Notes under the pieces: model-generated
Databases searched by the model: none
What the model saw: the letters and a program-made list of their open reading frames with translations, nothing else
What the model was told of the DNA's origin: nothing
Position numbers and translations under genes: made by a program
From: Amoebidium appalachense
Lineage: Eukaryota > Protista > Ichthyosporea
NCBI GenBank assembly: GCA_963693365.1
Contig: CAVNZM010000008.1
Span: 6,458,830 to 6,522,829, forward strand
Direction of reading: 5' to 3'
DNA: 64,000 nt
In this document: piece after piece, positions 50,678-63,637 of the stretch
Position numbering within the stretch: position 1 is the stretch's first letter
Layout: each line of letters opens with the position of its first letter

Positions 50678-51628
50678 TGTTGGACATTGTGTTCATAGAA
50701 GCTAGTTCTAGTGCACGTTGTTCCTTCTGTAAGTCAGAAATGATTGCATCTTGTGAGGCCAACCTCTGCTCCAGTAGTTGGACTAGTTGCTGCAACTGTA
50801 AGTTGTCAGACATAGTGTCGTGTATGATGGGTAACTAGTCTATGTGTTTTGTGCACTGGAAACGACAGTAGAAAAGTGTAAATCAAACGTTCTGCTTCCC
50901 ATGTTTGTGACATGGGAGGCACTGCTTTATATAGTCGTTGGCCACCTCATGGTGGCCTCGTGTGCACCCTGGTGGTGGGCCATGTACAGCATGGCCGAAA
51001 AGAGAGCACAATGAAAACAAGTCGTTAAAGATATAAAAGTTAACTGTGCACGTTGAGTGGCTAGTTAACTTGCACTAAAGCACACAAATAAACGTGTTTA
51101 ACACACCAATTGCAGTTAAACGTAAATCTTGCTTCACACAACTAAAAATATTCTGAGAATATCCGGGAATAAAGCACACTACCACTCTAAGAATAGAATC
51201 CTGTGGCAAATATAGACATGACATCATCTGAACCGGGAATAGCCGAAAAGAGAGCACAATTAGCACGTTGCTAGTGAAGCTCGTCATTGGTACAGTTTTG
51301 GCTCAAACATATAACTACCATATATGAATATGACCGTAAACAAAAGCTCTATGCACTCGAGTGAGTGTTGAAACAGTTATTCAATTGCTCAGAAACTTTC
51401 TCTAACAGACATTGCTAGCCGGGAGTACCAGTGTACTCCAACACCCCTACTCAATTGGATAATTGTGGTATGAATTAATGCAACTGAGCTCGAGTGCTTC
51501 AGGTGCACAAAATACAGACAATAAAGATTCCCCTACTCAATTTTAGTATGGTACACGTAGTTGCACAGTCGGATGCAACTCTCTCCCCCCCCTGAAGTAT
51601 GAGGGCGCAGTTGGTTGATGACGGGTGC

Positions 51629-54600
51629 TCAGCACATGTTGAGCATCCCCACGGCCTTGGTGAAGAAAGAGGCAGACAGGGCCTTGGTGAACATGTCGGC
51701 CTTGTAACAGTTGTCAGCAGAAGCCACCGGGACCACAGTGATGTTGCCCAGCAGGTGATGTTCCTTGACGGAGCAGTAGCGGACGTCGATGTGCTTGGAC
51801 TTGGGCTTAACCCCCAGGGTGTCCAGCAGGGCCCGGGCAGACTCATTGTCCCCATGGATGGGCACCGGGGTGGGCTCATCGATAGGATTAAGGCCCAGGT
51901 CGTCCATCACATAGTTGAGCCATATGGCCTCGTTCGTAGCAGCAGACATGGCCACAAATTCAGCCTCAGTGGAGCTGTGGGTGGTGATGGACTGGAGCCG
52001 AGACACCCAGGACACAGGGGAGGAGTTGATGAAGAAGACATAGCCCGTGGTGGAGCGCCGGGTGTCGCGGTCCTCGGCGTAGTCGGAGTCGGAGTAGCCA
52101 ACAAGGGTGGGGGGGCCGGGACGGTAGACAATACCCAGGTCGATGGTGGCCAGCAGGTAGCTTACAACTCTGGTAGCCATAGTCCAGTGGGTGACGGTGG
52201 GCGCATGAATGTGTCGAGTAAGGACTCCCAGAGCCTGGGAAATGTCGGGGCGGGTGGTACGCGCAATCCACAGCAGGGCACCGACCAGGCTGGCATAGTC
52301 CTCCTTCTTGCTGTGGGCTGGGGTCTTGTTGCTTTCACTGGCCTGGCCCGGGACGATGGGGGTCTTGGTGCCGGACATGTGGGTGAGACGAAAACGGGCA
52401 GCCAAGTCGATGATGTGTTGACGATGGCCCAGACGCAGAGACCCGTCCTCCAGCCAGGTAAGAGTGTGCCCGATGAGCAGGGTAGGACGACCCAGGTCCT
52501 TGGCAGAGAAACGAGCATCCAGCTTGGTGAAAAAATCGTCGATGAGCGCATCAGTGGCGGCCGTCACGGTGAAGTCATCCACGTAGGCAGCAAGGGCAAT
52601 AAACGTTGGGGTCCCGGCATTCTTGATGAACAGGCACGGGTCAGCAGCACTCACAATGAAGCCTTGGTCGAGGAGATGGTCACGGAGGGCCTCATACCAC
52701 TGGCGCGGTGCCTGTTTTAGGCCGTAGAGCGCCTTGTGGAGCAAGCCGACAGCATGGGGGGCCGAGGGGTTGACGAAGCCAGGGGGCTGCTCAATGTAGA
52801 TGGTCTCGTTGACGGTGCCGTTGAGGAATGCTGTGTTGACGTCGATGTGGCGCAGAGGCAGACCTTGGGCCACGGAGGTAGCCAAAACCAGCCGGATGGT
52901 AGCCAGCGCAGCCACAGGTGACTCGGTGACGAAATAGTCCTGGCCAGGCTGCTGGTAGTTGCCCCGGGCCACAAGCCGGGCCTTGAAAGCAGTGACGTTG
53001 CCGACGTTGTCCTGCTTGACCGTAAAGACCCAGCCGACCGGAATGACAGTGGAGCCATCCTCTGGACGGGGCACAAGGGTGAAGGTGCCGTTGTCTTCCA
53101 GGGCCTTGAGCTCACGGTGTGCAGCCTCCTCCCATTTCAGACGCTGGGGACTCTTGAGTGCAGCCCGGACAGTCTTGGGGACAACAATGGTGGAAGCCTT
53201 GATGGGTGTTGATGCAGGAGCCGTAGCCTGGGAGGCAAGGGGGGCCGTAGCAGCAGCCACGTTGGCAGTCGGGCCTCGACGTGGGTCGTTGTACACAGCG
53301 CCACTACGGGTCGTCCGGGGGAGCCGATGTGCAGGCTCGGGCAGGATCGGAATGTCCAATTGATCACTCGGCGCTGTCCCATTGGCTGACAGACGAGACG
53401 AATCAGATTGCTGATCATTCCGGACGATGTTATTGGCTGGCTGATTTGACGAATCAGATGACTCCAAAAAATGATGAATTGCCGGTGCGGTCGACCAATC
53501 AGATGGGACATCACGGAGGGGGTGCAGAATAGCAGCCTCGTCGAACTGCACGTCACGGCTGACGGTCATCTTGTGTGCTGCTGGAATCCAGACCTTGTAG
53601 CCCTTGATGTTAGGAGGGTAGCCCACGAAGATGCCCTTGACGGCACGAGGCGCCAGTTTCGGTGTATCCTGTTGATGGACGTAGCAGGGAGAGCCCCAGA
53701 CACAGAGCCGGCTGTAGTCGGGAGGAATGCCGGTCCACAGCAGGGCGGGAGACGATTGGCTGCCGGTGGCTCGCGACGGGAGCATGTTGCGTATAAAAGC
53801 CGCGGTCACAGCTGCCTCGGCCCAGAATCCCACCGGAAGGCCGGACAGCTGCAGGAGTGCCCGAACCATGTCGAGGAGGGTCCGGTTCAGTCGTTCGGCA
53901 GTCCCATTCTGTTGAGGAGAGCCGGTGGTAGTGATCTGATGGCGAATGCCGTGCTCACGGTTGTAGTCCCCGAAGGCCGTGCCCATGTACTCGCCCCCCC
54001 GTCGGACTGAAACACCTGCATGGGAACACCGTGTTGGGTAACCGCCGCCTTGTGGTACGTCACATATGCAGCCAGTGTGTCCGACTTCTTGACGAGGGGC
54101 ACGGCCGTGGTGTGGCCGGTGAATTCGTCGTGGAACGTCGCCAAGTACTGAGCACCACCGATCGCGGGAGGGAAGGGGCCGCTGATGTCGCTGTGAACCT
54201 TGGCTAGGACCCGGGGCGCTTGGCTAGTTGATTCGGAGAAGGCACACGGTGGGCTTTGCCGAGGGCACAGGGCTCACACACACCCGGAGACTTGGCACCG
54301 CCACCCACCAACAGGCCTGCAGACTTGATGACCGAGCGTACAGCGTCAATGCCAGCATGGCCCAGACGGTAGTGCCACGTGTTGAGGTCGGCAGTAACCT
54401 TGAGGATACGCGGAGCAGTGGTGGTTTGGGCGTCCGGGGTTGTGTCCGCGCGCAGAAGAGACACCGCCATGTGGTACAGCTTGGTGCCGACAGCCGAGCC
54501 GGTGGCCAGAATTTGATCGCCGTAGCACAACTTAACGCCGCCGCGGGTGTCAAAGCGGGGTAAAACACCGTTGGTAGTTGCCGTGAACACACTGATGAGA

Positions 54601-55931
54601 GTGTCGGGGATGGAGGGCACGTAGAGTACATCCGTCAGCTGATGCACCGCAGTAACGCCGTCGATGGTGCTGGAAAAGAACACGTCGCCCACCCCAAGCA
54701 CTGCACATGCACCCTTGTCGGCTACTTGGACCGTGGAGTAAGGCGCCGCACGCATGTTGATGAACACATCGGGCCGGGGGCACACATGGTCAGTGGCTCC
54801 AGAGTCGAGGAGCACCTTGTTGGTGCCACAGTCGTTGCTAGACATGAGGAAAGCCCGGGGAGCGGCAGCCCCCCCCTTGCACTGTGCCGTAGTGTGGGTA
54901 GTAGAGGCAGGGTGGTTGATGCAGGACCCAGGCGGGAGGGGACCACCCTTAGGTTTGCGGCCGTTGGCACGGTTGCCCCCCTTGCACATGGCGGTAGTGT
55001 GACTGGTAGACAGTGGGTGGTTGACGCAGGAACCCTTGGGGTAGGTGCTGGCACGGTTGTTGCCAGAGTTGCTGTGTTGGCCGTTGCCGTTGGGGCACTG
55101 AGACTTGATGTGGCCTGGTTTGCCGCAGCCGTGGCAGATGACAGGTTGAGGAGCCCGTGTGGTGAAGGCGGCCGGCCCGGAGCTGGTAGTCACACGTGCA
55201 CGTGGGTGGCTGGTCTCATATGCCCGTAGCTGTTGGAGGAGGCCCATCACGGTAGGCTTGGGTGTCATCTTGTAGGCAATTACAGGCATTTCGTAGTAAG
55301 GCACCTTGCCGAGGTCGTTGGTGAGCTTGGTCAGCACTTGAGCATCACCAATTTGTGTGCCGTAATCGGCCAGGCGCCGCACGTAGCCGCGGAGTTTCAT
55401 GGCGTATTTCGTCGCGGTGTCCGTAGGTTCAGGCGTAGAATTCATGTACAGCCCGATAAGGTCGTACTGATTGGCCTCAGATTGCTCCAGGTAGTGGGCA
55501 GATAGGGCCGACCATATCTCCGCAGGTGTGGTGGTGCGTGTTAACCCTAGGATACAACGCACGTCAACCGAGAGTGCTTGCCACAGGTAGGAACGGGCAG
55601 TGTCGACCTGTTCACGGGTAGCCGGGTGCTCCGTACTGGGCGCGATGGTGTGGAGAAGACCAGCACCAGAAAGCTGGACATACATGGTTTCGGCCCATGT
55701 GTGGTAGTCCGTGCCTGAATCATTATCAATGCCAGTGAAGAGAGGGATGTCGACCTTGAACTTGATGGAATCATTACGTGAGGGGCCCATAACCCTGTTG
55801 GACATTGTGTTCATAGAAGCTAGTTCTAGTGCACGTTGTTCCTTCTGTAAGTCAGAAATGATTGCATCTTGTGAGGCCAACCTCTGCTCCAGTAGTTGGA
55901 CTAGTTGCTGCAACTGTAAGTTGTCAGACAT
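51629..55931 (-). CDS. Copia gag-pol, unit 1; two -1 frame breaks in the integrase region
   Basis: CHGCGKPGHIKSQC, LLDSGATDH, WHYRLGH..CEPC, VHSDISGP, QNGTAERLNR, HIDVNTAFL, YVDD, YSDSDYA, ADMFTK. Breaks near 54235 and at 53994-54000. Confidence 0.9.
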
Positions 55932-56746
55932 AGTGTCGTGTATGATGGGTAACTAGTCTATGTGTTTTGTGCACTGGAAACGACAGTAGAAAAGTGTAAA
56001 TCAAACGTTCTGCTTCCCATGTTTGTGACATGGGAGGCACTGCTTTATATAGTCGTTGGCCACCTCATGGTGGCCTCGTGTGCACCCTGGTGGTGGGCCA
56101 TGTACAGCATGGCCGAAAAGAGAGCACAATGAAAACAAGTCGTTAAAGATATAAAAGTTAACTGTGCACGTTGAGTGGCTAGTTAACTTGCACTAAAGCA
56201 CACAAATAAACGTGTTTAACACACCAATTGCAGTTAAACGTAAATCTTGCTTCACACAACTAAAAATATTCTGAGAATATCCGGGAATAAAGCACACTAC
56301 CACTCTAAGAATAGAATCCTGTGGCAAATATAGACATGACATCATCTGAACCGGGAATAGCCGAAAAGAGAGCACAATTAGCACGTTGCTAGTGAAGCTC
56401 GTCATTGGTACAGTTTTGGCTCAAACATATAACTACCATATATGAATATGACCGTAAACAAAAGCTCTATGCACTCGAGTGAGTGTTGAAACAGTTATTC
56501 AATTGCTCAGAAACTTTCTCTAACAGACATTGCTAGCCGGGAGTACCAGTGTACTCCAACACCCCTACTCAATTGGATAATTGTGGTATGAATTAATGCA
56601 ACTGAGCTCGAGTGCTTCAGGTGCACAAAATACAGACAATAAAGATTCCCCTACTCAATTTTAGTATGGTACACGTAGTTGCACAGTCGGATGCAACTCT
56701 CTCCCCCCCCTGAAGTATGAGGGCGCAGTTGGTTGATGACGGGTGC

Positions 56747-59700
56747 TCAGCACATGTTGAGCATCCCCACGGCCTTGGTGAAGAAAGAGGCAGACAGGGC
56801 CTTGGTGAACATGTCGGCCTTGTAACAGTTGTCAGCAGAAGCCACCGGGACCACAGTGATGTTGCCCAGCAGGTGATGTTCCTTGACGGAGCAGTAGCGG
56901 ACGTCGATGTGCTTGGACTTGGGCTTAACCCCCAGGGTGTCCAGCAGGGCCCGGGCAGACTCATTGTCCCCATGGATGGGCACCGGGGTGGGCTCATCGA
57001 TAGGATTAAGGCCCAGGTCGTCCATCACATAGTTGAGCCATATGGCCTCGTTCGTAGCAGCAGACATGGCCACAAATTCAGCCTCAGTGGAGCTGTGGGT
57101 GGTGATGGACTGGAGCCGAGACACCCAGGACACAGGGGAGGAGTTGATGAAGAAGACATAGCCCGTGGTGGAGCGCCGGGTGTCGCGGTCCTCGGCGTAG
57201 TCGGAGTCGGAGTAGCCAACAAGGGTGGGGGGGCCGGGACGGTAGACAATACCCAGGTCGATGGTGGCCAGCAGGTAGCTTACAACTCTGGTAGCCATAG
57301 TCCAGTGGGTGACGGTGGGCGCATGAATGTGTCGAGTAAGGACTCCCAGAGCCTGGGAAATGTCGGGGCGGGTGGTACGCGCAATCCACAGCAGGGCACC
57401 GACCAGGCTGGCATAGTCCTCCTTCTTGCTGTGGGCTGGGGTCTTGTTGCTTTCACTGGCCTGGCCCGGGACGATGGGGGGTCTTGGTGCCGGACATGTG
57501 GGTGAGACGAAAACGGGCAGCCAAGTCGATGATGTGTTGACGATGGCCCAGACGCAGAGACCCGTCCTCCAGCCAGGTAAGAGTGTGCCCGATGAGCAGG
57601 GTAGGACGACCCAGGTCCTTGGCAGAGAAACGAGCATCCAGCTTGGTGAAAAAATCGTCGATGAGCGCATCAGTGGCGGCCGTCACGGTGAAGTCATCCA
57701 CGTAGGCAGCAAGGGCAATAAACGTTGGGGTCCCGGCATTCTTGATGAACAGGCACGGGTCAGCAGCACTCACAATGAAGCCTTGGTCGAGGAGATGGTC
57801 ACGGAGGGCCTCATACCACTGGCGCGGTGCCTGTTTTAGGCCGTAGAGCGCCTTGTGGAGCAAGCCGACAGCATGGGGGGCCGAGGGGTTGACGAAGCCA
57901 GGGGGCTGCTCAATGTAGATGGTCTCGTTGACGGTGCCGTTGAGGAATGCTGTGTTGACGTCGATGTGGCGCAGAGGCAGACCTTGGGCCACGGAGGTAG
58001 CCAAAACCAGCCGGATGGTAGCCAGCGCAGCCACAGGTGACTCGGTGACGAAATAGTCCTGGCCAGGCTGCTGGTAGTTGCCCCGGGCCACAAGCCGGGC
58101 CTTGAAAGCAGTGACGTTGCCGACGTTGTCCTGCTTGACCGTAAAGACCCAGCCGACCGGAATGACAGTGGAGCCATCCTCTGGACGGGGCACAAGGGTG
58201 AAGGTGCCGTTGTCTTCCAGGGCCTTGAGCTCACGGTGTGCAGCCTCCTCCCATTTCAGACGCTGGGGACTCTTGAGTGCAGCCCGGACAGTCTTGGGGA
58301 CAACAATGGTGGAAGCCTTGATGGGTGTTGATGCAGGAGCCGTAGCCTGGGAGGCAAGGGGGGCCGTAGCAGCAGCCACGTTGGCAGTCGGGCCTCGACG
58401 TGGGTCGTTGTACACAGCGCCACTACGGGTCGTCCGGGGGAGCCGATGTGCAGGCTCGGGCAGGATCGGAATGTCCAATTGATCACTCGGCGCTGTCCCA
58501 TTGGCTGACAGACGAGACGAATCAGATTGCTGATCATTCCGGACGATGTTATTGGCTGGCTGATTTGACGAATCAGATGACTCCAAAAAATGATGAATTG
58601 CCGGTGCGGTCGACCAATCAGATGGGACATCACGGAGGGGGTGCAGAATAGCAGCCTCGTCGAACTGCACGTCACGGCTGACGGTCATCTTGTGTGCTGC
58701 TGGAATCCAGACCTTGTAGCCCTTGATGTTAGGAGGGTAGCCCACGAAGATGCCCTTGACGGCACGAGGCGCCAGTTTCGGTGTATCCTGTTGATGGACG
58801 TAGCAGGGAGAGCCCCAGACACAGAGCCGGCTGTAGTCGGGAGGAATGCCGGTCCACAGCAGGGCGGGAGACGATTGGCTGCCGGTGGCTCGCGACGGGA
58901 GCATGTTGCGTATAAAAGCCGCGGTCACAGCTGCCTCGGCCCAGAATCCCACCGGAAGGCCGGACAGCTGCAGGAGTGCCCGAACCATGTCGAGGAGGGT
59001 CCGGTTCAGTCGTTCGGCAGTCCCATTCTGTTGAGGAGAGCCGGTGGTAGTGATCTGATGGCGAATGCCGTGCTCACGGTTGTAGTCCCCGAAGGCCGTG
59101 CCCATGTACTCGCCCCCCCGTCGGACTGAAACACCTGCATGGGAACACCGTGTTGGGTAACCGCCGCCTTGTGGTACGTCACATATGCAGCCAGTGTGTC
59201 CGACTTCTTGACGAGGGGCACGGCCGTGGTGTGGCCGGTGAATTCGTCGTGGAACGTCGCCAAGTACTGAGCACCACCGATCGCGGGAGGGAAGGGGCCG
59301 CTGATGTCGCTGTGAACCTTGGCTAGGACCCGGGGCGCTTGGCTAGTTGATTCGGAGAAGGCACACGGTGGGCTTTGCCGAGGGCACAGGGCTCACACAC
59401 ACCCGGAGACTTGGCACCGCCACCCACCAACAGGCCTGCAGACTTGATGACCGAGCGTACAGCGTCAATGCCAGCATGGCCCAGACGGTAGTGCCACGTG
59501 TTGAGGTCGGCAGTAACCTTGAGGATACGCGGAGCAGTGGTGGTTTGGGCGTCCGGGGTTGTGTCCGCGCGCAGAAGAGACACCGCCATGTGGTACAGCT
59601 TGGTGCCGACAGCCGAGCCGGTGGCCAGAATTTGATCGCCGTAGCACAACTTAACGCCGCCGCGGGTGTCAAAGCGGGGTAAAACACCGTTGGTAGTTGC

Positions 59701-61050
59701 CGTGAACACACTGATGAGAGTGTCGGGGATGGAGGGCACGTAGAGTACATCCGTCAGCTGATGCACCGCAGTAACGCCGTCGATGGTGCTGGAAAAGAAC
59801 ACGTCGCCCACCCCAAGCACTGCACATGCACCCTTGTCGGCTACTTGGACCGTGGAGTAAGGCGCCGCACGCATGTTGATGAACACATCGGGCCGGGGGC
59901 ACACATGGTCAGTGGCTCCAGAGTCGAGGAGCACCTTGTTGGTGCCACAGTCGTTGCTAGACATGAGGAAAGCCCGGGGAGCGGCAGCCCCCCCCTTGCA
60001 CTGTGCCGTAGTGTGGGTAGTAGAGGCAGGGTGGTTGATGCAGGACCCAGGCGGGAGGGGACCACCCTTAGGTTTGCGGCCGTTGGCACGGTTGCCCCCC
60101 TTGCACATGGCGGTAGTGTGACTGGTAGACAGTGGGTGGTTGACGCAGGAACCCTTGGGGTAGGTGCTGGCACGGTTGTTGCCAGAGTTGCTGTGTTGGC
60201 CGTTGCCGTTGGGGCACTGAGACTTGATGTGGCCTGGTTTGCCGCAGCCGTGGCAGATGACAGGTTGAGGAGCCCGTGTGGTGAAGGCGGCCGGCCCGGA
60301 GCTGGTAGTCACACGTGCACGTGGGTGGCTGGTCTCATATGCCCGTAGCTGTTGGAGGAGGCCCATCACGGTAGGCTTGGGTGTCATCTTGTAGGCAATT
60401 ACAGGCATTTCGTAGTAAGGCACCTTGCCGAGGTCGTTGGTGAGCTTGGTCAGCACTTGAGCATCACCAATTTGTGTGCCGTAATCGGCCAGGCGCCGCA
60501 CGTAGCCGCGGAGTTTCATGGCGTATTTCGTCGCGGTGTCCGTAGGTTCAGGCGTAGAATTCATGTACAGCCCGATAAGGTCGTACTGATTGGCCTCAGA
60601 TTGCTCCAGGTAGTGGGCAGATAGGGCCGACCATATCTCCGCAGGTGTGGTGGTGCGTGTTAACCCTAGGATACAACGCACGTCAACCGAGAGTGCTTGC
60701 CACAGGTAGGAACGGGCAGTGTCGACCTGTTCACGGGTAGCCGGGTGCTCCGTACTGGGCGCGATGGTGTGGAGAAGACCAGCACCAGAAAGCTGGACAT
60801 ACATGGTTTCGGCCCATGTGTGGTAGTCCGTGCCTGAATCATTATCAATGCCAGTGAAGAGAGGGATGTCGACCTTGAACTTGATGGAATCATTACGTGA
60901 GGGGCCCATAACCCTGTTGGACATTGTGTTCATAGAAGCTAGTTCTAGTGCACGTTGTTCCTTCTGTAAGTCAGAAATGATTGCATCTTGTGAGGCCAAC
61001 CTCTGCTCCAGTAGTTGGACTAGTTGCTGCAACTGTAAGTTGTCAGACAT
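56747..61050 (-). CDS. Copia gag-pol, unit 2; same two frame breaks plus one extra base in a homopolymer at 57476-57481
   Basis: Identical to unit 1 by eye except G6 versus G5 (plus strand) at 57476-57481. Confidence 0.9.
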
Positions 61051-61680
61051 AGTGTCGTGTATGATGGGTAACTAGTCTATGTGTTTTGTGCACTGGAAAC
61101 GACAGTAGAAAAGTGTAAATCAAACGTTCTGCTTCCCATGTTTGTGACATGGGAGGCACTGCTTTATATAGTCGTTGGCCACCTCATGGTGGCCTCGTGT
61201 GCACCCTGGTGGTGGGCCATGTACAGCATGGCCGAAAAGAGAGCACAATGAAAACAAGTCGTTAAAGATATAAAAGTTAACTGTGCACGTTGAGTGGCTA
61301 GTTAACTTGCACTAAAGCACACAAATAAACGTGTTTAACACACCAATTGCAGTTAAACGTAAATCTTGCTTCACACAACTAAAAATATTCTGAGAATATC
61401 CGGGAATAAAGCACACTACCACTCTAAGAATAGAATCCTGTGGCAAATATAGACATGACATCATCTGAACCGGGAATAGCCGAAAAGAGAGCACAATTAG
61501 CACGTTGCTAGTGAAGCTCGTCATTGGTACAGTTTTGGCTCAAACATATAACTACCATATATGAATATGACCGTAAACAAAAGCTCTATGCACTCGAGTG
61601 AGTGTTGAAACAGTTATTCAATTGCTCAGAAACTTTCTCTAACAGACATTGCTAGCCGGGAGTACCAGTGTACTCCAACA

Positions 61681-62210
61681 GTTTTCCAATCAATAAAGCC
61701 AACATATCGTGCACCAACTTGCATAGAATCGTGCAGTGCCATTATTTGAACATAACATGAATTGTTTTTACGAAAAGCGGATTGGCATGGGTGTATGTGA
61801 AGAATAGATTGAAACCTAGGGTGATGTGCAAATAACCTAAGTAAGCAAGCTTCAAAGAATCTACGAACAACCTGGGTTAGTGTAATGGGGCGAAAGGATG
61901 ATATGGGGCCCTCAGAGTCCTTCTTAACTATGGGGATCACTAAGGTATCTAACCAAGATGACGGGACATGTCCACATTTAACACACCAAGAAAAGAGAGA
62001 GCTTAACATGATAGTAAGATCAGGTTTAATAGCACGATCACTTTCCTTTTGTGGGTAGGAGGGAACAAGGATTTTAAGAAACCCAGCAGGGAGTCCATCA
62101 GGTCCACAAGACTTACTAGAGCTATAACTAGATATCACAGACCATATGGCATCGGGACTGAAAAAGGGGAGGATCGATTCTATGGGGATAGATGGGTCTA
62201 CAGGCCACAC
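61681..62210 (-). mobile_element. Non-LTR RT element B, 5' part
   Basis: WPVDPS..KSCGPDGLP..SFRPITLTQVVRRFFE..QSAFRKNNS..GFIDWK joins TAYDSV across the GTTTT TSD to restore one open RT frame. Fades into CA/TG-rich sequence above ~62210. Confidence 0.9.
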
Positions 62211-62881
62211 ATGTACACAGTGTTGCCAGCACACATGTGCACGGACACATGAATACAAACACGCTGTGTGCATGCCACGGAGTAATAAGTGGGTTTGTGT
62301 CTCTAAGTACATTCGCGCACGCGTGTGTGTGTGTGCGTGCGCGCGTATGTGTACGCGCGAGCGTCCGCACCCATGTGTGTCGCTTCGCGCGCACAAAGCC
62401 ACCTCATGCATTGCACGTTCCATTGCAAGATTATATGTGCAAAATGCAGACACACTGGGAATTTTCGTGCACGTGTCTGTGCGCACATATTGAACGTTCC
62501 AGCAACCGTTTCCCAAATCCGACCGGCTGACTCCCCGGCTGACCTGACAGCCACTACACCTGTACGTGTGCATCCATATGCATTGCATGATAAGTTCTAC
62601 CTGAGCCCAAACTGTTTACGTTGCTAGTCCTTCGCCCCGTTATTCGCGGTAGGTACCTACCCCCCAAGCTTACTACAGCTAATAGGCTATTAGCAGGATT
62701 TAAAATTTAGAGATCGAAACATTTACACGCGCACATGTGTACACCAACCCCATATGCATGCATGGCAAGCCTGAGGGCACATGGTCTCCGCTTTAAATAG
62801 TCCCACTCTGGCTGCAACACCGTTGAAATCAATGACATTTGAGTGACCCCTAATCTTGTTTTGTTATAAATTTGTTGTGCC

Positions 62882-62918
<37 letters not shown>

Positions 62919-62953
62919 ATGGTGTGGACGGGTGGACGTATGATACTACTTTC

Positions 62954-63004
<51 letters not shown>

Positions 63005-63006
63005 AC

Positions 63007-63065
<59 letters not shown>

Positions 63066-63637
63066 CGCGTGCGTGCGTGCGTGTGTGTTCATGTGTGTGG
63101 AAATTAAAATGGCACGGTGGTGGTGGACGTGTTAAAGTGGGTACCCCCGGTGGGTGGTGGGTGCGCCGGGGGGGGGGGGGGGGGGGGGGGGGAGAGGAGG
63201 AGGGGGGGGGCGGGGGGAGGGGGGGGATTGACAATGTAAGTACTATGCTCAAAGACTGAGTGAGTCTCACACCTTTTATTACATGTTTGCATGAATAGTA
63301 CGTTCAAAAAGCCTAACCTGTAAGTACTACATGCCAGTACCAGCGATGTATTACATGCCCTATATATAGGTAACTTACCCTAGTTTGTACAGGCAAGGGC
63401 CCAAACTTAGCCTTATTTACATTGATGGTTGATTAAGGTATATACGCTGCCAACCGATAATTACAACACGTAAAATGCAACTTCGAGATCTAGAGTCCTT
63501 CTAAAGCACCTTTTACTTGGCCCGGGCTCGGTATCTTTTGTCAAGCTCATTACAGTAATACTAGTATCAAACCTCGAGCTCGCTCACACTTTACAACCCT
63601 ATCTCAGGTCCCAGCCAACGTATAAAGCTTAACCCCT

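Larger units (their letters stand above)
50678..61680 (-). mobile_element. Tandem dimer of a Ty1/copia (Hemivirus-type priming) retrotransposon: LTR-internal-LTR-internal-LTR
   Basis: Three 766-bp LTRs at 50678-51443, 55796-56561 and 60915-61680 (TGTTGG..CCAACA). One 5-bp TSD GTTTT (50673-50677, 61681-61685). PBS GGTTATGGGCCC. PPT GAGTAGGGG. Unit lengths 5118 and 5119 bp. Confidence 0.96.

Noticed and set aside
51599-52720. 373-aa plus-strand ORF and other antisense ORFs over the copia elements
   Set aside because: Shadow frames of GC3-rich pol sequence with no recognisable domain.
61626-62588. 320-aa ORF as a complete gene
   Set aside because: Chimeric: N-terminus from CA/TG repeats, middle from RT element B, end from the copia LTR.
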